A DNA stretch of 63,099 nucleotides, counting the filler, from Bonamia ostreae (taxonomy: Eukaryota), in assembly GCA_040357525.1 (NCBI GenBank). It is 32 parts of 32 records of this genome, joined end to end, with 100 filler letters (N's around TTAATTAATTAA, not from the genome) between each part and the next. Parts side by side here need not be neighbours in the genome. Positions count along the whole stretch, not along the records: positions 23,842 to 25,718 come from JBDODL010001238.1; positions 25,819 to 27,694 come from JBDODL010001239.1; positions 27,795 to 29,668 come from JBDODL010001240.1; positions 29,769 to 31,642 come from JBDODL010001241.1; positions 31,743 to 33,616 come from JBDODL010001242.1; positions 33,717 to 35,589 come from JBDODL010001243.1; positions 35,690 to 37,561 come from JBDODL010001244.1; positions 37,662 to 39,532 come from JBDODL010001245.1; 24 more parts are not named here. One strand, given 5' to 3'. Of the stretch, positions 25,669 through 39,023 are shown in pieces. The translations under genes were made by a program, and so were the position numbers. How positions within the stretch are numbered: the stretch's first letter is position 1; each line of letters starts with the position of its first letter. The notes below the pieces were generated by a model. That model did not search any database. It had not been told where the DNA came from and saw only the letters and a list, made by a program, of their open reading frames with translations.

Positions 25669-25848
25669 TTTAATTGATCTGGAAATGATTTGTGACGTAA
25701 TTTTGCGGCGAAATGTTGNNNNNNNNNNNNNNNNNNNNNNNNNNNNNNNNNNNNNNNNNNNNTTAATTAATTAANNNNNNNNNNNNNNNNNNNNNNNNNN
25801 NNNNNNNNNNNNNNNNNNTTTTATGTTATTAATTCAAAGGTAGAAAAC

Positions 25849-27602
25849 CTGTAACCAACTTCGTCGACCTGTGCAGAATTGGGTTCGTTAAGAAAAAGAC
25901 GAATTTCGTCCATCTTCCCCGTTTTGCAGAACGCGAACAATAGCTCGCTATCCACAACCGCGCTCTTTATTGACCCCCGCGACATCTTCAGATAGTCCGT
26001 CAGCTCTTCCCAGTTCTCCGCCGCCGCTGCCGCCGCGATTATCTTCTCCGGCTGGCCGACGACGCCTCCCTTCAGCAGAGACTCTATCGCCGCCTTGATC
26101 GACCCGGCCGCCAGCTGCGCATCGCCCAACATGGCCCACAGCTCCGCCTTCTCCGCTTTCTCCGCGAACGCTTTCGCCCTCTCCAAGGCCCCCATCTTCT
26201 CCAGCAAAACGTCCATCGCCTCGTTCTCACAGTCGAAGCGCTCGTATATCTGGAACGCCTCCTCGTACAGTTTGTACTGGTCGGAGACGGCGATTTTGGC
26301 GATGTCGGGGCCGTCGTAGTCGGACAGCTGTCCCAGATAGCTCATGACGCGGCTCGAGTCGGCTTTGATCGCGGTCAGAATGAGCAGGTTCTGCAGGTTC
26401 TTGTTGTTCTTGAAGCCTCGCTCCGGCGGGCCGGACAGCACCAGCCGCTCCAGCAACTCGATCAGCTCGTTCGGCAACTCGGCCGCGATGAACGCCTTCA
26501 CCGCCACAGACACTTCCTCCGGCTCTCGCGACTTGGACAGCGCCGTTACCACTTGCGCGATCAAAGCCTTTCTGTGCTCGTCGTCTTCGCCGAGCGCGCT
26601 GATCCACAGCGGCTCCTCCTGGCGTCCGACGAGCAGCTCGGCGAGTTCGAGGTAGAAGCCGTTCTCGCGCGCAACGCGGAGGAGGTCGCCATCGCATCGG
26701 CCGCGAGCCTTCTTGAAGCACAAGAAGGCCAAACGCGAGTCCCTGCTCTCGCAAAAAGCGGCGAGTTCGGCAGGATCGAAGAAGGAGTTTGTTTCGATAA
26801 AGTGCTCCGGAGACAAGTTTTGTTCCACGTATGCGCGTCCGAGCGCGTTGTGCAACGCCGGGAACTCACTGCCTTCCGACGCCAGCCGTTCGAGCCACGG
26901 CAGCAGCAGTTGCGTGAAGCCGCGGTTTGCGGTCTGCTCGACCAGTTCGGCGAAGCCTTCTCCCATGGCTTCCGGGCGAAGGGTGTCGATCAGAACACTG
27001 ACGGCCGGTTCGGGCGCGCCGAGGTCCAGCAGCGCGCCGATGACGGCGGGGGCGGCGCGGGGGTTCATCTTCTGGAGGTAGGTCTCTATGAAAGGCATCA
27101 TCTCCTTCGCGTAGAGGTGTTGCGTCATCTCTTCGATGAACCCGAAGCGATCGCAGACAGCGATCAGTGGCCGTGGGTCGTCCATGTCGCGCTCGAAGAG
27201 AAAGATCTTTACTCTTTCGGGTTCGAAGACGTCGTTTTCTTTGCAGATTCTGCGGAGTTCGTTCAGTTCTCCCGTCTCCGCTGCGGCTTCGATATACTTG
27301 AACACAATTTCAGGGTCGTCCGAGCTGTTTACGATGAAGCCCAAGTAGCGGAAGAGTCCTGCTGGTTGCCCTGCTTCCTCGAAGAGACGGACAAGAGCGG
27401 AAGGAGTAAGTTGCGCGGAGTAGCGCGAGGCCACTTCCGTGGCGAGGGGGAGATTTTGTTCGGGGTCGAAGGAGATTATTTCGGACAGACATTGCAGTCC
27501 TTCTTCCGGGCTCATCTCGCCGAAGAAGTGGAGAATAAATTCTTTCGGCAACTTTTCGTTGGCGAGCCCAGCTTTCAAACATCTCTTTATGTCTTCGATT
27601 GT
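25849..27602 (-). CDS. CLTC: Clathrin heavy chain, one internal exon
   Basis: DPRPLIAVCDRFGF, ALHNALG, PEEVSVAVKAF, NKNLQNLLILTAIKAD, LYEEAF. Confidence 0.95.
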
Positions 27603-27877
27603 CTAAATTTTAAAAATTGTTTTCTTGAAGTTTGGCTAATTTTGATAGTTTTGGGATAAAGAAAATTGCCTCATAATTTTCAAGAGCTTTTTCGNNNNNN
27701 NNNNNNNNNNNNNNNNNNNNNNNNNNNNNNNNNNNNNNTTAATTAATTAANNNNNNNNNNNNNNNNNNNNNNNNNNNNNNNNNNNNNNNNNNNNAAAAGT
27801 TTTTTTTTTATTTACAAAAATAATTTTTTTTGGCTATTTTCAAATTTTTTGTTTAAATTTTATAATTTTTAAAAAAC

Positions 27878-29174
27878 GTCTTCGCGATTTGTTCCAAAAA
27901 CAGCGCGCTTAGATCAGTTGTCGCATATCGTTCATTGATGTTGGTTTTGATGACTAGGCCATTGTTAATCAAATTGGCGTGGTTTTTGTCGTGTCGGTCT
28001 GTAAAGTTTGGGTGAACCGCGTGGGCCATGTCAGCACTCACAATGAACGAGTTTTCGAGGCAATTGTTCAGATTTTCCTGTTTCACGATCCTTTCTATGG
28101 CTTAAACTAAATAGTCAAAACTCGATAAAAGGAACCGCGAATTGGCGCCTCTGTTGGAAATCGAGCCGATTTCTTCGTTATCGAACAACGCGATCATTCG
28201 TATATTCGTATCTTCGTTCAAAGACTATATTTTAGGCAAAAACTTTTCCTTCGACCGAATTGGTCAAAGCGGTCGTAACGACAAAACTCATCATTTGGTT
28301 ATCTAATCTCGGAGCATAAACAAATTCTTTATTTAATCCGCCAATTGAGCCCTTTTCGGTGCCGTATAGTTGAGCTTTGATTTTCAATATATCAGTTTTG
28401 TCTATTTTAAGTGATTCAGAGAAAAGGGAAAAGAGTTTATCTCCATATGCTTTGTTTTCGTCATTGTTTTCTTTGCAATTTTACAATTTTTGTTTTTTGC
28501 TAAGCACTTTTTGTACTTTTACAATTTTTCCAATTATATGTTGCTAAAATCCGCAATCAATGTTAGCTGAAACCTTTTGTGTTTTGGCCTATCATCGAAA
28601 TGACAGGTTTAAGGTGATTTTCGAAATTCAAGGCGACTCCGTTGGGCCTTTCAGCGCTTTTCCAAAGATGGATCGCAAGTCTCGGAATGGACAGAATGGG
28701 TCTGTCGATTTTAAACAGTCTCGACTCGATCGCGTTTCCATTTTTGACAAAAGCTCGCCCGGCGATTGACAGATCTCTGTCAAGCCAAGACGAAAACACG
28801 CCTCCCCCGTAAGTTTCCACGGCCAATGTGTTGTAGCCCGAACTTTTTGTCCCGGAAACGGGCTTTAAGTGCAGTCCTGGAGAATCGGTGTGAGCGACCA
28901 TAACTGTTGCCCCGTTTCCAGGTTGGTACTCGCCGCCCATCGCGAAAGCAACGATAGAAGATTCATTCCTGGTGAAGAAGTACTTTCCGTTTCTGCGGAA
29001 ACGGTTTGCTGAGATTTGCTTCTCCCCGGAAAGTTTCACTTTCTCAAATCCAGCGGCCAACAGTTTGCGTTTCACGTTCTCAACGCAATGGAACGCCGTC
29101 GGCGAACAGTTGCTGAATTCAAGGAATCTCTGCGCAATGCTTTGCGCTGTCTATAGATAAAGTCGAAAAACCAT
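27878..29174 (-). CDS. DNPEP: Aspartyl aminopeptidase, family M18 (3' partial)
   Basis: SPTAFH, AHTDSP, VETYGG..WLDRDLSIAGR, RLDNQ, FDNEEIGS, SADMAHAVHPN; several 19-21 nt introns. Confidence 0.93.
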
Positions 29175-29299
29175 TGGAGCTCTAAAATTTTATATCGGAT
29201 ATTTGCAGAACGACTATATGCAGTCGTTCTAATGATATGGAATTTTAAATTCTGCAACAAAAATGATATGAAAAATACGTAAAATATCCAAACATTTAA

Positions 29300-29629
29300 T
29301 TACATTTGGAGAACAAAGAATAAGGTCGCGAAAATAACAATAAAGTGAATTATTGAAATCGCAATAGTCCCAATTTGATGAATTATCACACGGAGATTAT
29401 TATGTATGAAGAAGCCATACATTAGAATCTGCTCTCTGATATTGTATACATTCATCGCTGTTATAAAGCAGAATGGAATTAAGAGAATAAAAGCAGGTTC
29501 TCTTCTCTTCTTCTTTCCAGAATTCAATAGCAAGGCAATGCCCGCGAAGAGAATCGCCGTTTGCAAAACTATGAATAAAAAGGATCTTGTGAATTGGATA
29601 AACAGAAAAGATCTTGTGAGTTGGTACAT
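29300..29629 (-). CDS. Hypothetical multi-pass membrane protein, C-terminal part
   Basis: 109-aa ORF with three hydrophobic segments at a contig edge. Confidence 0.4.
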   Translation of the reverse strand: MYQLTRSFLFIQFTRSFLFIVLQTAILFAGIALLLNSGKKKRREPAFILLIPFCFITAMNVYNIREQILMYGFFIHNNLRVIIHQIGTIAISIIHFIVIFATLFFVLQM

Positions 29630-29768
29630 GAATTTGGTTTGTTTCGTTAAGGAAGTTTGGTTTAAAACNNNNNNNNNNNNNNNNNNNNNNNNNNNNNNNN
29701 NNNNNNNNNNNNTTAATTAATTAANNNNNNNNNNNNNNNNNNNNNNNNNNNNNNNNNNNNNNNNNNNN

Positions 29769-30433
29769 CGAGTCGTTGAGAAGACGCCAATGCAAGAAGT
29801 ACTTCAGAAAAAACACCAACGGGAGCATAACAGGCAAACGAGACAAATAAGTTTTCACCAGTTCCGCTGTCTCCAATCCCGCCGTCACTTCAAAACAAAT
29901 ATCGACTTTTGTGTTCGTCAGTCTTTCCGTGCACTTTATTATTGGAATCTTTATTTAAGCGATTTGCCAACTCTTGCGCTTGTGATGGTTTCGATGTGCG
30001 AGACCAGATCTCTGTCTTTCAATTCTTCAGCCAAAACATTGACCGGATCGACTCCGACGTTCAAAATGACCACGTCGATATCACTGAAAGGCAAATAAAG
30101 GTCGGTCGTGAAGGAGCCGTACGGATGCGTCTAAATTTAACGGGCAAATTTGTTGATCGAAACTTCGGATTTTGGCCAAATTTCTTTGGACAATTGTCGA
30201 ATTCTTTCGATCACATTGACGCGAATGGCGTGTTCTTCTTTGGTGGCGTGCATGTAGTTGTAGAAATCGATTAGTTCTTCGTGCAGTCTGAGAACGAAGG
30301 ATTTTTGGGGGTAGTTTTTGTTTTCTGCCCACGGCGCCATTTTTTTCGCGACCGAATTGGAAGCGATTTTTTCGTCGCGGGCGTCGCTCTCGTTCTCACT
30401 GTTTTTGTCGTAAGCGATAAAATTTTGGGCCAT
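29769..30433 (-). CDS. TRF4: Trf4/5-like poly(A) polymerase, N-terminal nucleotidyltransferase half (3' partial)
   Basis: LHEELIDFY, PYGSFTTDLYLPFSDIDVV, SAR|IPIIK, VDICF; introns at 30131-30163 and 29949-29971. Confidence 0.9.
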
Positions 30434-30570
30434 TTTTAGATCTCGCGCTTCAATTTTATATATTGCGGTAACGACAATTTTAACGATAATCAATATAACG
30501 TCCGGATTTAGGATTTGGATTATATCAGATTTTCATTATTTAGAAATCATCTAAAAAGCTTAAAAATTTG

Positions 30571-31592
30571 ATGTCGGAACTTAAAAATATCGACATTCAA
30601 GTTTTGGATGCATCGTCAAGTAGTGATTTTGTTGCAGTTGAGGACAGAAGCGACTTAAAGATACAAAGCAAAATGCCTTTGTTCGCCGCTGATTTTATTG
30701 AAAACCAGAACATTTTATTAATCGGTGGAGGCGGAGGCGGGCGCACTGGAATTCGCAATGGCGTTATAATAGGCCGAATTGAAGGAAACGGTAGTCAGAA
30801 AACTAAAGACCAAAATTTGAAAAAAATGGTCTTTCTAAAAATTCTCAATTTCGACCAAAATCTTGCTCGATGCATTTTCGTTAAGTCCGATTTAATCGCT
30901 GTTTCGTACGGAAAGTACTTAGTTTTCATAAAAAACAGTGAAATCTCGAATTTGCTGAACGAAGACCGTTCTGTGCTTTTTAGTATTAAAATCGATTTTA
31001 AGAAAATTTAATTTTTTTTCGGCCAAATTTTTATTAAAAATCTGACTAAATTTTATTTAAGCCAATAGAAAAGATAGAATGTGAAAGAATCGGCTTTAAT
31101 ATAAAAGATCCTGATTTCGTTGTTAGACACATGTCCTTAAATCCCGATGGCAACAAAATGGCCGTAGTTATTAGTGACAACACAATAAGTCTCCACTTAC
31201 TCCAAATCGGTTCCAAATGGCCTAAAATGGAATTTGAAGGGACAATAATCGCACCTCGCCAAATAACGTCGATTGCTTGGTCACCGAATGGACAAGAAAT
31301 AGTGATCGCTTATAATTGGAAGTACTTTTCGGTGTTCAAATCTTCATCTCCACACAACGAAATCGCGCGTATTCCGATAGAATCATGGCTTCACAGAAAC
31401 GATCAAATAATGGCGTTCAAAGAAGCTATTTTTGTGAATCAGAAAAAATTGCTTTTTGCTGTAAATTTATTGAAGGGCAAAAGTCCGATAAGTGGAGGTG
31501 CGATATGTTTTTATGAGCGCAGTTTCAACGATTCCCAGAATTGGATACTAAAGAGATTTTGCGTTGTTAATAAAAGCGGTGTTGTCTTAAAA
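30571..31592 (+). CDS. SEC12: Sec12/PREB-like WD40 Sar1 GEF (3' partial)
   Basis: K-loop IGGGGGGRTGIRNG followed by WD-like repeats (SLNPDG, IAWSPNG). Confidence 0.7.
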
Positions 31593-33489
31593 GTTTTTTG
31601 CCAAAATTTTTAGCGAACAATGTTCAGCAAAATTTACAAAAANNNNNNNNNNNNNNNNNNNNNNNNNNNNNNNNNNNNNNNNNNNNTTAATTAATTAANN
31701 NNNNNNNNNNNNNNNNNNNNNNNNNNNNNNNNNNNNNNNNNNTTGTGATTGTCACTGCGATTGTAGTTAGTGTTTGTTTCGTCAGGCGAAGAAAACCACA
31801 GGGGTAATATTTTGCTTGAGTAAGAAAATTGAAAGACAGTTCTAGAGTACACTTCTTTTTCGAAATGTTTGTTTAAATTACTGAAATAATCCTTTTTCAA
31901 TAATTGAGACTCATTATGAGTTCATCATTTGTTTTCCATACTATGAAACTACATGTATGATTAGCTACATTATAATAAATCGCTAAGTTATATGCTTTAT
32001 TTCCTAGAAATGAATCCGAAGAAGCAACTGTAGAAGATCCAATTTCAACATTAAATGGCGGGTATTTAACTGGGCTGGAAAATTCATCCCTCCGGGACAG
32101 GCTGGTTCCTAATGTGTACAGCAGTGTAAATGAATTGCACGTCACAGAATACGAAGAAATGGCCATTGAAACACACTTATAACTTAACATTACATTCCAT
32201 AACTGTCTTGATACCCATTGGGTCAATCCCTATTTTACATATCATGATTGAATTGCCTGATTTTTTCCCCAATAATTTTCCATCTTTTAGGGACAAATAT
32301 GAACAATGAGAGTCTTACTCTTCTCATCATTCTGAAAGGATCATACACTACTGGACGGAAAATGTTCCGAAAGTATAATTTTTGTTGCTCATTACTATTA
32401 TTGTGATATTGGTGTTGATAAATTCTGATATTCACTAATACCTTTACTGTTGGTACTGTTAATTTTAGTTTGTGCTAAATATTGCTGATATGTACTTGGT
32501 TTGTTCCGTGATTACTGATATTTACTGATAAGTGCTGAGGAATGCACTGTCGATACTGATAAGTGCTAGTAAATGATGTGGCTATTGGTGGTCTTGCAGA
32601 TGTGAAAATGTGCCACAGTTTAAATAAACATGATAGAAGTGTGTTTTTTTCCTTTCAAGTATTTTATTTCAAGATTTCTTTTCTGATATGTATACTGTTC
32701 CTCAGCTTATTGAGAAAATTAAAACAATATCAAACACTATATATATTTTTGTCTGAGAAAATCTCCTTTTGGTCTCTTTCCTTAATCTTTTCATTAAATT
32801 ATTCGTAAAATCACTGTTTGATACTAATAGTATAAATGATGATACTAATGAGTAATGTGAGTGATTCATGTTTTGAATGTGAATGCAAAAGTTCAGTGAT
32901 TATCAGAACCTATCAGCACCAACAACACGATAATGGTAATTGTCAGCAACAAATAACACTCTCAGTAAATGGTCCGTTTAGTATAATTGTATAAATAGAG
33001 TTGCAGATATTCTGTCCACTCACCCTCCATGAGAAAAAAAAAACAAACGTGTTTTTACAACGAATCCTTTACACAACTATACAACAACCTACTGTTGTTG
33101 TTTTTATACAGGGTGTTTAGGCATCCTATTTTGAATTGTATTAAAACGTGTTGTGTGTTGCAGTGCTATAGCTTCACTATTGAGACCTTCATTACCTTTT
33201 CAGGGTGTATAGCGTTCGTTAATGTGATGTGTTTGTAAGTGATTGATAAATCCAAATTGACTACAGACAAAAAATGCCTTGGAACCTATAGGACATATGT
33301 GTAGTGATGTGCTGGAAGCCTTGACGTGTACCTTTCGTCCCCATGTTGTGTTTCGGTATAGTCTTATCATTATATATCGCCATTGACACTTGTTATTAAT
33401 AATTGATAAGTTGCAATTTTCTGTACAGCTTCCTTCTTTACGTTGTCAAGAAGCATTATGATTAATCTCATAACTACGATCAAGAAAAC

Positions 33490-33616
33490 AAAATTCAAAA
33501 TATGACAAACATGGAACCCTGGGCATACCAAAGGTGGATCATGTACCTGGAAGGAATATGCATCTCCCATTGACCGGTCACGTCGACTGTGAGTCATATA
33601 TCTTGTTTGGGTAAAC
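33490..33616 (+). repeat. Host interspersed repeat fragment, related to 40945-41140
   Basis: Shared core GGATCA.GT.C.T.G.AG.A.TA.GC..CCC..T.GAC.GGT.AC....C.GTG.G.C.TATAT.TTG...GGGT.AAC in two contigs. Confidence 0.55.
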
Positions 33617-34749
33617 NNNNNNNNNNNNNNNNNNNNNNNNNNNNNNNNNNNNNNNNNNNNTTAATTAATTAANNNNNNNNNNNNNNNNNNNNNNNNNNNN
33701 NNNNNNNNNNNNNNNNGTATAAGTTTTACATACAGAACACATTCCCATCATGTCAAGTGTTAAGTCAACCTACAAATGTACACCTGTATATAGTTACTAG
33801 CAGATACGCTGTAATCGCTCTGCAGTAACAATGCACGTCAGTGACCACACCGCCAAGAAAAACTGCGGTAAAGACAGTCACACTCTTTAGAAAATTTGAT
33901 GCATACATACCATGGATATGTTTTGGAATGACGATTAAAATCTTAATAGAACAAATATATGTTTGACATTTTGAATGGTACATAAATAAATATGTAACAC
34001 ATGAAAAATGGTCGTTGGTAAGCTATTACACACAGTATATACATGTAGTGTTTCAGATACCAGTAGAAATATATCGTCAATTGTTATTATCACCAAGACT
34101 TACAAAAACTTTCTCTAGAAAACATGTTTCCTGACTTATAGTGTGCCAATATCAACATGAAAAACCAAAAATCTACTAACCATTTGAAATCTAATTAGGA
34201 ACCAATTTGAATTTAAAATAGTTTCATTTAACCTGATTGCTATGATCACAACAGTCTTACACTTACACCGGTAGTTAGGACAAAGAATATCATTGGAAAT
34301 AAATTAATGTTGTGCAAATGACCACAGAGGGGAAACTATTTATTGCATATAAAAATATTTCAAAGAACATAATTTTGGATATGAAAAACATTAGGTTTTA
34401 TCTGATACACAGCAGATCTAGTTCCCAAGAATAAGCAATTCTCGTTGATATCGTATATTTGCGTTCTAATGGGCCTTTAATGCATTTGGTAGTTCTTTAT
34501 AGTCAGAAAGCTATTTTATTCGTTTTGTTATTTGTTTGTTTTATGTCCATTGTGAAATATTTTATTCATATTGAGACCACACCAGCAAAAAATTTAGAAC
34601 TCCGAGTGACGCTAAGAACCATAGCATTTCTGATTCCCCAGTATTCCAATTCCTTCGCTTAATGGTTATAGCTGAAAGACCCGTAAATCTGAGTGATAAA
34701 TGCCGAGGGCTAGGCTCAATCACCGCATATGTTTACGCCTTAGATTTGA

Positions 34750-34822
34750 CGCAGTCATGACACGAGCGAGGCATGAACTCATGACCTCCCTATCACGAAA
34801 TGAACATTCCAACCACTGAACA
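34750..34822 (-). mobile_element. Degenerate host tRNA-derived SINE head
   Basis: Similar to 59280-59367 (CACGAGCG..G..GAACTCA.GA). Confidence 0.45.
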
Positions 34823-35689
34823 CAATGAAAGTACATACTGATGATGAAATGCATAGACATTCTATCATTGCCTGCCAGATTATATAACTTCCATGACTAG
34901 CAATGAATTCGTATCAATTATATTAAATGATAACATCTTCCTTCACCATTTGAAAGTGTATTGTTGAATATAATGAAATCTGGAGAAAAGTCGCATAAAA
35001 CCCAGTCAAACTGAAACAAATACAAATCATAATGAGAATAAACCATGTTCAACCCTAAAAAAGTGTGCAACCATTCTGAGATAAAAACGAACCGTACAAT
35101 GCAATCCGTGTAGCGTACCGCATAAGAAACAAACTATCAAACCGTGAAGCTGGTATATGAACATGTTTGAGTGCCTATAACTTCAATGATTCTAGCAGAT
35201 CTACATGATTCACAGTAAGGATAGTAGATAATCACCGGTCTCAATCGATACAATGAAAAAAGATGGGAGAACATCTACAGACCACTCCTCATTTAACAAT
35301 GACATTACAGAGAAACAAATGAAGAGAAGTGTTTATAGTTTCCTTGTACATTTTCCTTTCAATCACAATTCCATTTTTTTTAAAATATAAAAATATGCGT
35401 ACTAGTTGCGTAAAGAATTACGATGTCTCAAATACAAAAGGTCTCGGACCATATTTTATATCTCTTTCCTAGGATTATTGTTATGTGGAAATTTGAAATT
35501 ATAATGTAATTTACTTGTATTCCCCATCAGATAGAAAAACTACTTACGCTGATCCGTTTTATTATTATTATCATCTATAATCTGTTTATNNNNNNNNNNN
35601 NNNNNNNNNNNNNNNNNNNNNNNNNNNNNNNNNTTAATTAATTAANNNNNNNNNNNNNNNNNNNNNNNNNNNNNNNNNNNNNNNNNNNN

Positions 35690-37561
35690 TTTTTGCAATT
35701 TATTGCGTTTTTTTATTGCTTTTTTAATAATTGGATTCCACCATTGAATGCCCTTTTTGCTATTTTCCTTGAATACAATTTTTTTACAACTGTTTTCGAG
35801 TGCGTTTTTATATATATTTATAAAGTTTTTATATACTAGATTTATATCTTTACTGTTTTTACAAATATTCAAGAAAGTTATTAATTTTTTGTTTAATTCT
35901 TTATTGTATTGTTTATATTTATAGTTTTCCAATTATATTTTTCTGTTATTTCTTTTTTAATATATGTACATTTTAAATCAAAGATAACAGGAATGTGATC
36001 ACTTCCTATACTTTCTAAAATTTTGACATTTTTTATAATACAATTACTTGTATATTTGTTTATAATAAGGTCAACAGTAGAACTTTCACCAAATGTGTTA
36101 ATAAGGGTTGTTAAGTTTTTAACATGATTTATCAATTTTTTACAAGTCATTAGTTTTTGAAGTTTATCACCATTCTTGTTATTTTTACTTTTTGACCAAT
36201 TTTTGTTTTTTGAATTAAAATCGCCACATATTAAACTGTTTTTATCAAATTTTAAATCTTCAAACAATTCTCTAAAATCAATATTTATATTTGGCACAAT
36301 ATATACATTGAATAATTTGATTTTTAATCTCGTATTAGTAAATTCCAATCCTTGTATTTCATACCCGGAATTTGTTTTTAGGTGTTCCAGATTAATAACT
36401 TTACAATCAATTGTATTTTTGACATATGTTATTAATCCTCCTCCTATACGATTATTGTTTCTGTACGAACAAAAACAATTATACCCTTTAATGTTATACT
36501 GTTTTTTATACCATACTTCTTGTATACAAATTATATCAGGGTTATTATTATTAATCATATTTTTTATTTCATAAAAATTTTTGTTTAATGACCTTGTATT
36601 AATCGAAATTATTTTCAACATTTTATCTTATTTATACTATTTAACAGTTTATTTTCAAATGACTGAATAATTTTCTCAACATATTTTTCGAGTTTTTTAT
36701 CAACAATCATCATTATTTTATTAATAATTTTTTCTTCATCAAAATTTTTTTCTTTATTGAACAAATTTTGTTGATTATTTGGAATTTGTTCAATTTTCTT
36801 TTTAGTATCATTTATTACCTTGTCTTTTATAAGTTTAACATTTTTTTCATCATTTTTGTCTTTAACTTTTGTTTTAAATTTTTTTCTGGCTTCTTTTATA
36901 ACATCTTCATCAAAAGTAAATCTTTTAAAATCTTTTTGTTCATTAGTTAGCATCCAACGATTTTTGGATATAATTTTTTTCTGTCTTTCTTTACATTGAA
37001 ATGAGTTTGCTTTATGACATTTATTACAATTGGCGCATTTTAAATTACTTTTTTGGTCACAATCAATCGATTTATGATTTTTTGCGCAAAAACGGCAAAC
37101 TATAACGTTGTTAATACAAATATCAGCCGTGTGGCCGTATTTTTGACACCTAAAACATTGTACTATGTTTTTATTAATGTATCTCGAGATTTTAAAATCT
37201 CTTCTTGCAACAGTAAACTTTTTATTGTTTATCAACATATCATATGTTATTTTATCTTTTAATTTAACAAACCCAGTGCTGAATAGTTCATTATTTTTCA
37301 ATTTTTTGAATACGATGTCACTATATCTTATGTTTTCAGAATCAAAATACATTTTAATGTCATCAACTGTTATATAGTTAGGTATGTGGTGAATAACTAT
37401 TTTAAACATACTATGTGTGTTATCCACTAATACAGCTGAATTACCAAACTTTGAAATATCAGTGTTAAACTGAGCCTTTTTTTTATCTTCATAGGTTTTG
37501 AAAAATATACGTATATCACCATATGGTAGCAAATCACATTCGACAGCACTTTTAAATGTCT
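35690..37561 (-). mobile_element. Non-LTR retrotransposon (APE-type LINE): gag-like ORF1 (36615-37561) with three zinc knuckles and ORF2 endonuclease (starts 36621, frameshift near 35915)
   Basis: QCFRCQKYGHTADIC, CRFCAKNH..C, CANCNKCH..C; ORF2 IISINTRSL, DIICIQE, GGGL, CGDFNS, VDL, SDHIP; WW motif in the shifted frame. Confidence 0.92.
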
Positions 37562-37661
37562 NNNNNNNNNNNNNNNNNNNNNNNNNNNNNNNNNNNNNNN
37601 NNNNNTTAATTAATTAANNNNNNNNNNNNNNNNNNNNNNNNNNNNNNNNNNNNNNNNNNNN

Positions 37662-39023
37662 ATGTTATTTGTAGTATTAATTTTAAGTATAATCATTGGA
37701 ATATCGAGCTGTTTCAGTCTCATGTTCCTAACCGATCAAGGTCGTGGTATCTGCAAAGAACTGAAAAACCGTTCGCTATATGAGTATGTAAAACTCACAG
37801 CAGTTTTGATCTTTGGTTTCTGCAATGTAACTCATTGTATATTTTTTTATATGAAGCACGACAGTGGTAGTAGTGGATGCTTTGACAGATATGCAGGGAA
37901 AGTGTATAATATTCTATCAATTGTGTACACAGTCCTCTTATCTGTTGTAATATTTACAAAAGTCTGTAGAGGTTTTAAAGAGGTATTGTTGCAGAAATAT
38001 CTTTTTGTAGGCATTTTGTTCTCCAATTTCAGTTTCTTGTTGGATACTATTTTTTCAGAGACAGAAGAGCTTTTCGATTATGGAGATAGTAAGGAAACAA
38101 ATAATGCGACATATTGTAATTACATACAGGAAAATACTGACCGCATAAAAAAATACGATCCTCTGTTTTCCCTAGGTGCTGTTGAGTTTGCTATTCTTAC
38201 CATCGACATGCTTTTTACTACAATTCAGAAGCAAACTGCTGAAACTAGGAATGTAAATGACTCACAACAAAATCAACCAAACGAACCAACCGCAACCGGG
38301 CCCACAGAAACTGGAAATTTAAAATATAAAAAAAACGGATTGGTATGTCTAATCCCTATTTGCGTAGCGTTATCAATTATTTTGTTAGTGGTATCAATCT
38401 TGGCTTTTAATGCAGACTCGAGACATCCTGATGAAAGTGAATCTTGGACCCTTTCAACACCATTTAAGATTTACATAATTACATCGTCAGTTATAAAATT
38501 CATCATGTCTGTTTCCCTGACCTTATGTATAATCACATCATGGCATAGCTTCCGGTATAAATTCAATGTAGATGGACTGATTCTGATGACGAGCCTTTTT
38601 GGGAACATTATCTATCATATGTTTTATTTGTTTGCCTCATTGAAGGATAACCCACAAGAGAATGCTTACATATATCTTGTTTTTACTTATTTTGATAATA
38701 TATGTAGTATTATTGTTGCTGCACAACAAACGCAATTCATTTTGGCTATAGAAAATGGAGAAAATATACCCAAAACTATCAACGAAAGAACTGTACTAGT
38801 TCGTTATTGCTGTTTAATTTTATTCATTTTGAATATAGGATTGTGGGCTGGTGACACTCTTGGGGAGGCTAATGCTACAGCCCTGAGTATTATAATAAAA
38901 AGAAACTATGGTGATGTTTTCTGGATAATTTTTACCAAACTTGTGTTACCCTTCACAATATTTTTTCGAATCCATTCAGGACTAATTATGCTTAAGATGT
39001 TTCGCAATCTAAAGGGATTGTAA
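37662..39023 (+). CDS. Otopetrin (OTOP proton channel)-like protein, single large exon; host-type contig
   Basis: Many TM helices; FSLGAVEFAIL, NIGLW, and C-terminal LPFTIFFRIHS. Confidence 0.85.
   Translation: MLFVVLILSIIIGISSCFSLMFLTDQGRGICKELKNRSLYEYVKLTAVLIFGFCNVTHCIFFYMKHDSGSSGCFDRYAGKVYNILSIVYTVLLSVVIFTKVCRGFKEVLLQKYLFVGILFSNFSFLLDTIFSETEELFDYGDSKETNNATYCNYIQENTDRIKKYDPLFSLGAVEFAILTIDMLFTTIQKQTAETRNVNDSQQNQPNEPTATGPTETGNLKYKKNGLVCLIPICVALSIILLVVSILAFNADSRHPDESESWTLSTPFKIYIITSSVIKFIMSVSLTLCIITSWHSFRYKFNVDGLILMTSLFGNIIYHMFYLFASLKDNPQENAYIYLVFTYFDNICSIIVAAQQTQFILAIENGENIPKTINERTVLVRYCCLILFILNIGLWAGDTLGEANATALSIIIKRNYGDVFWIIFTKLVLPFTIFFRIHSGLIMLKMFRNLKGL

Noticed and set aside
31743-32440. 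Interrupted reading frame in a host-type contig
   Set aside because: It has in-frame stops and no recognisable family, so no call can be supported.
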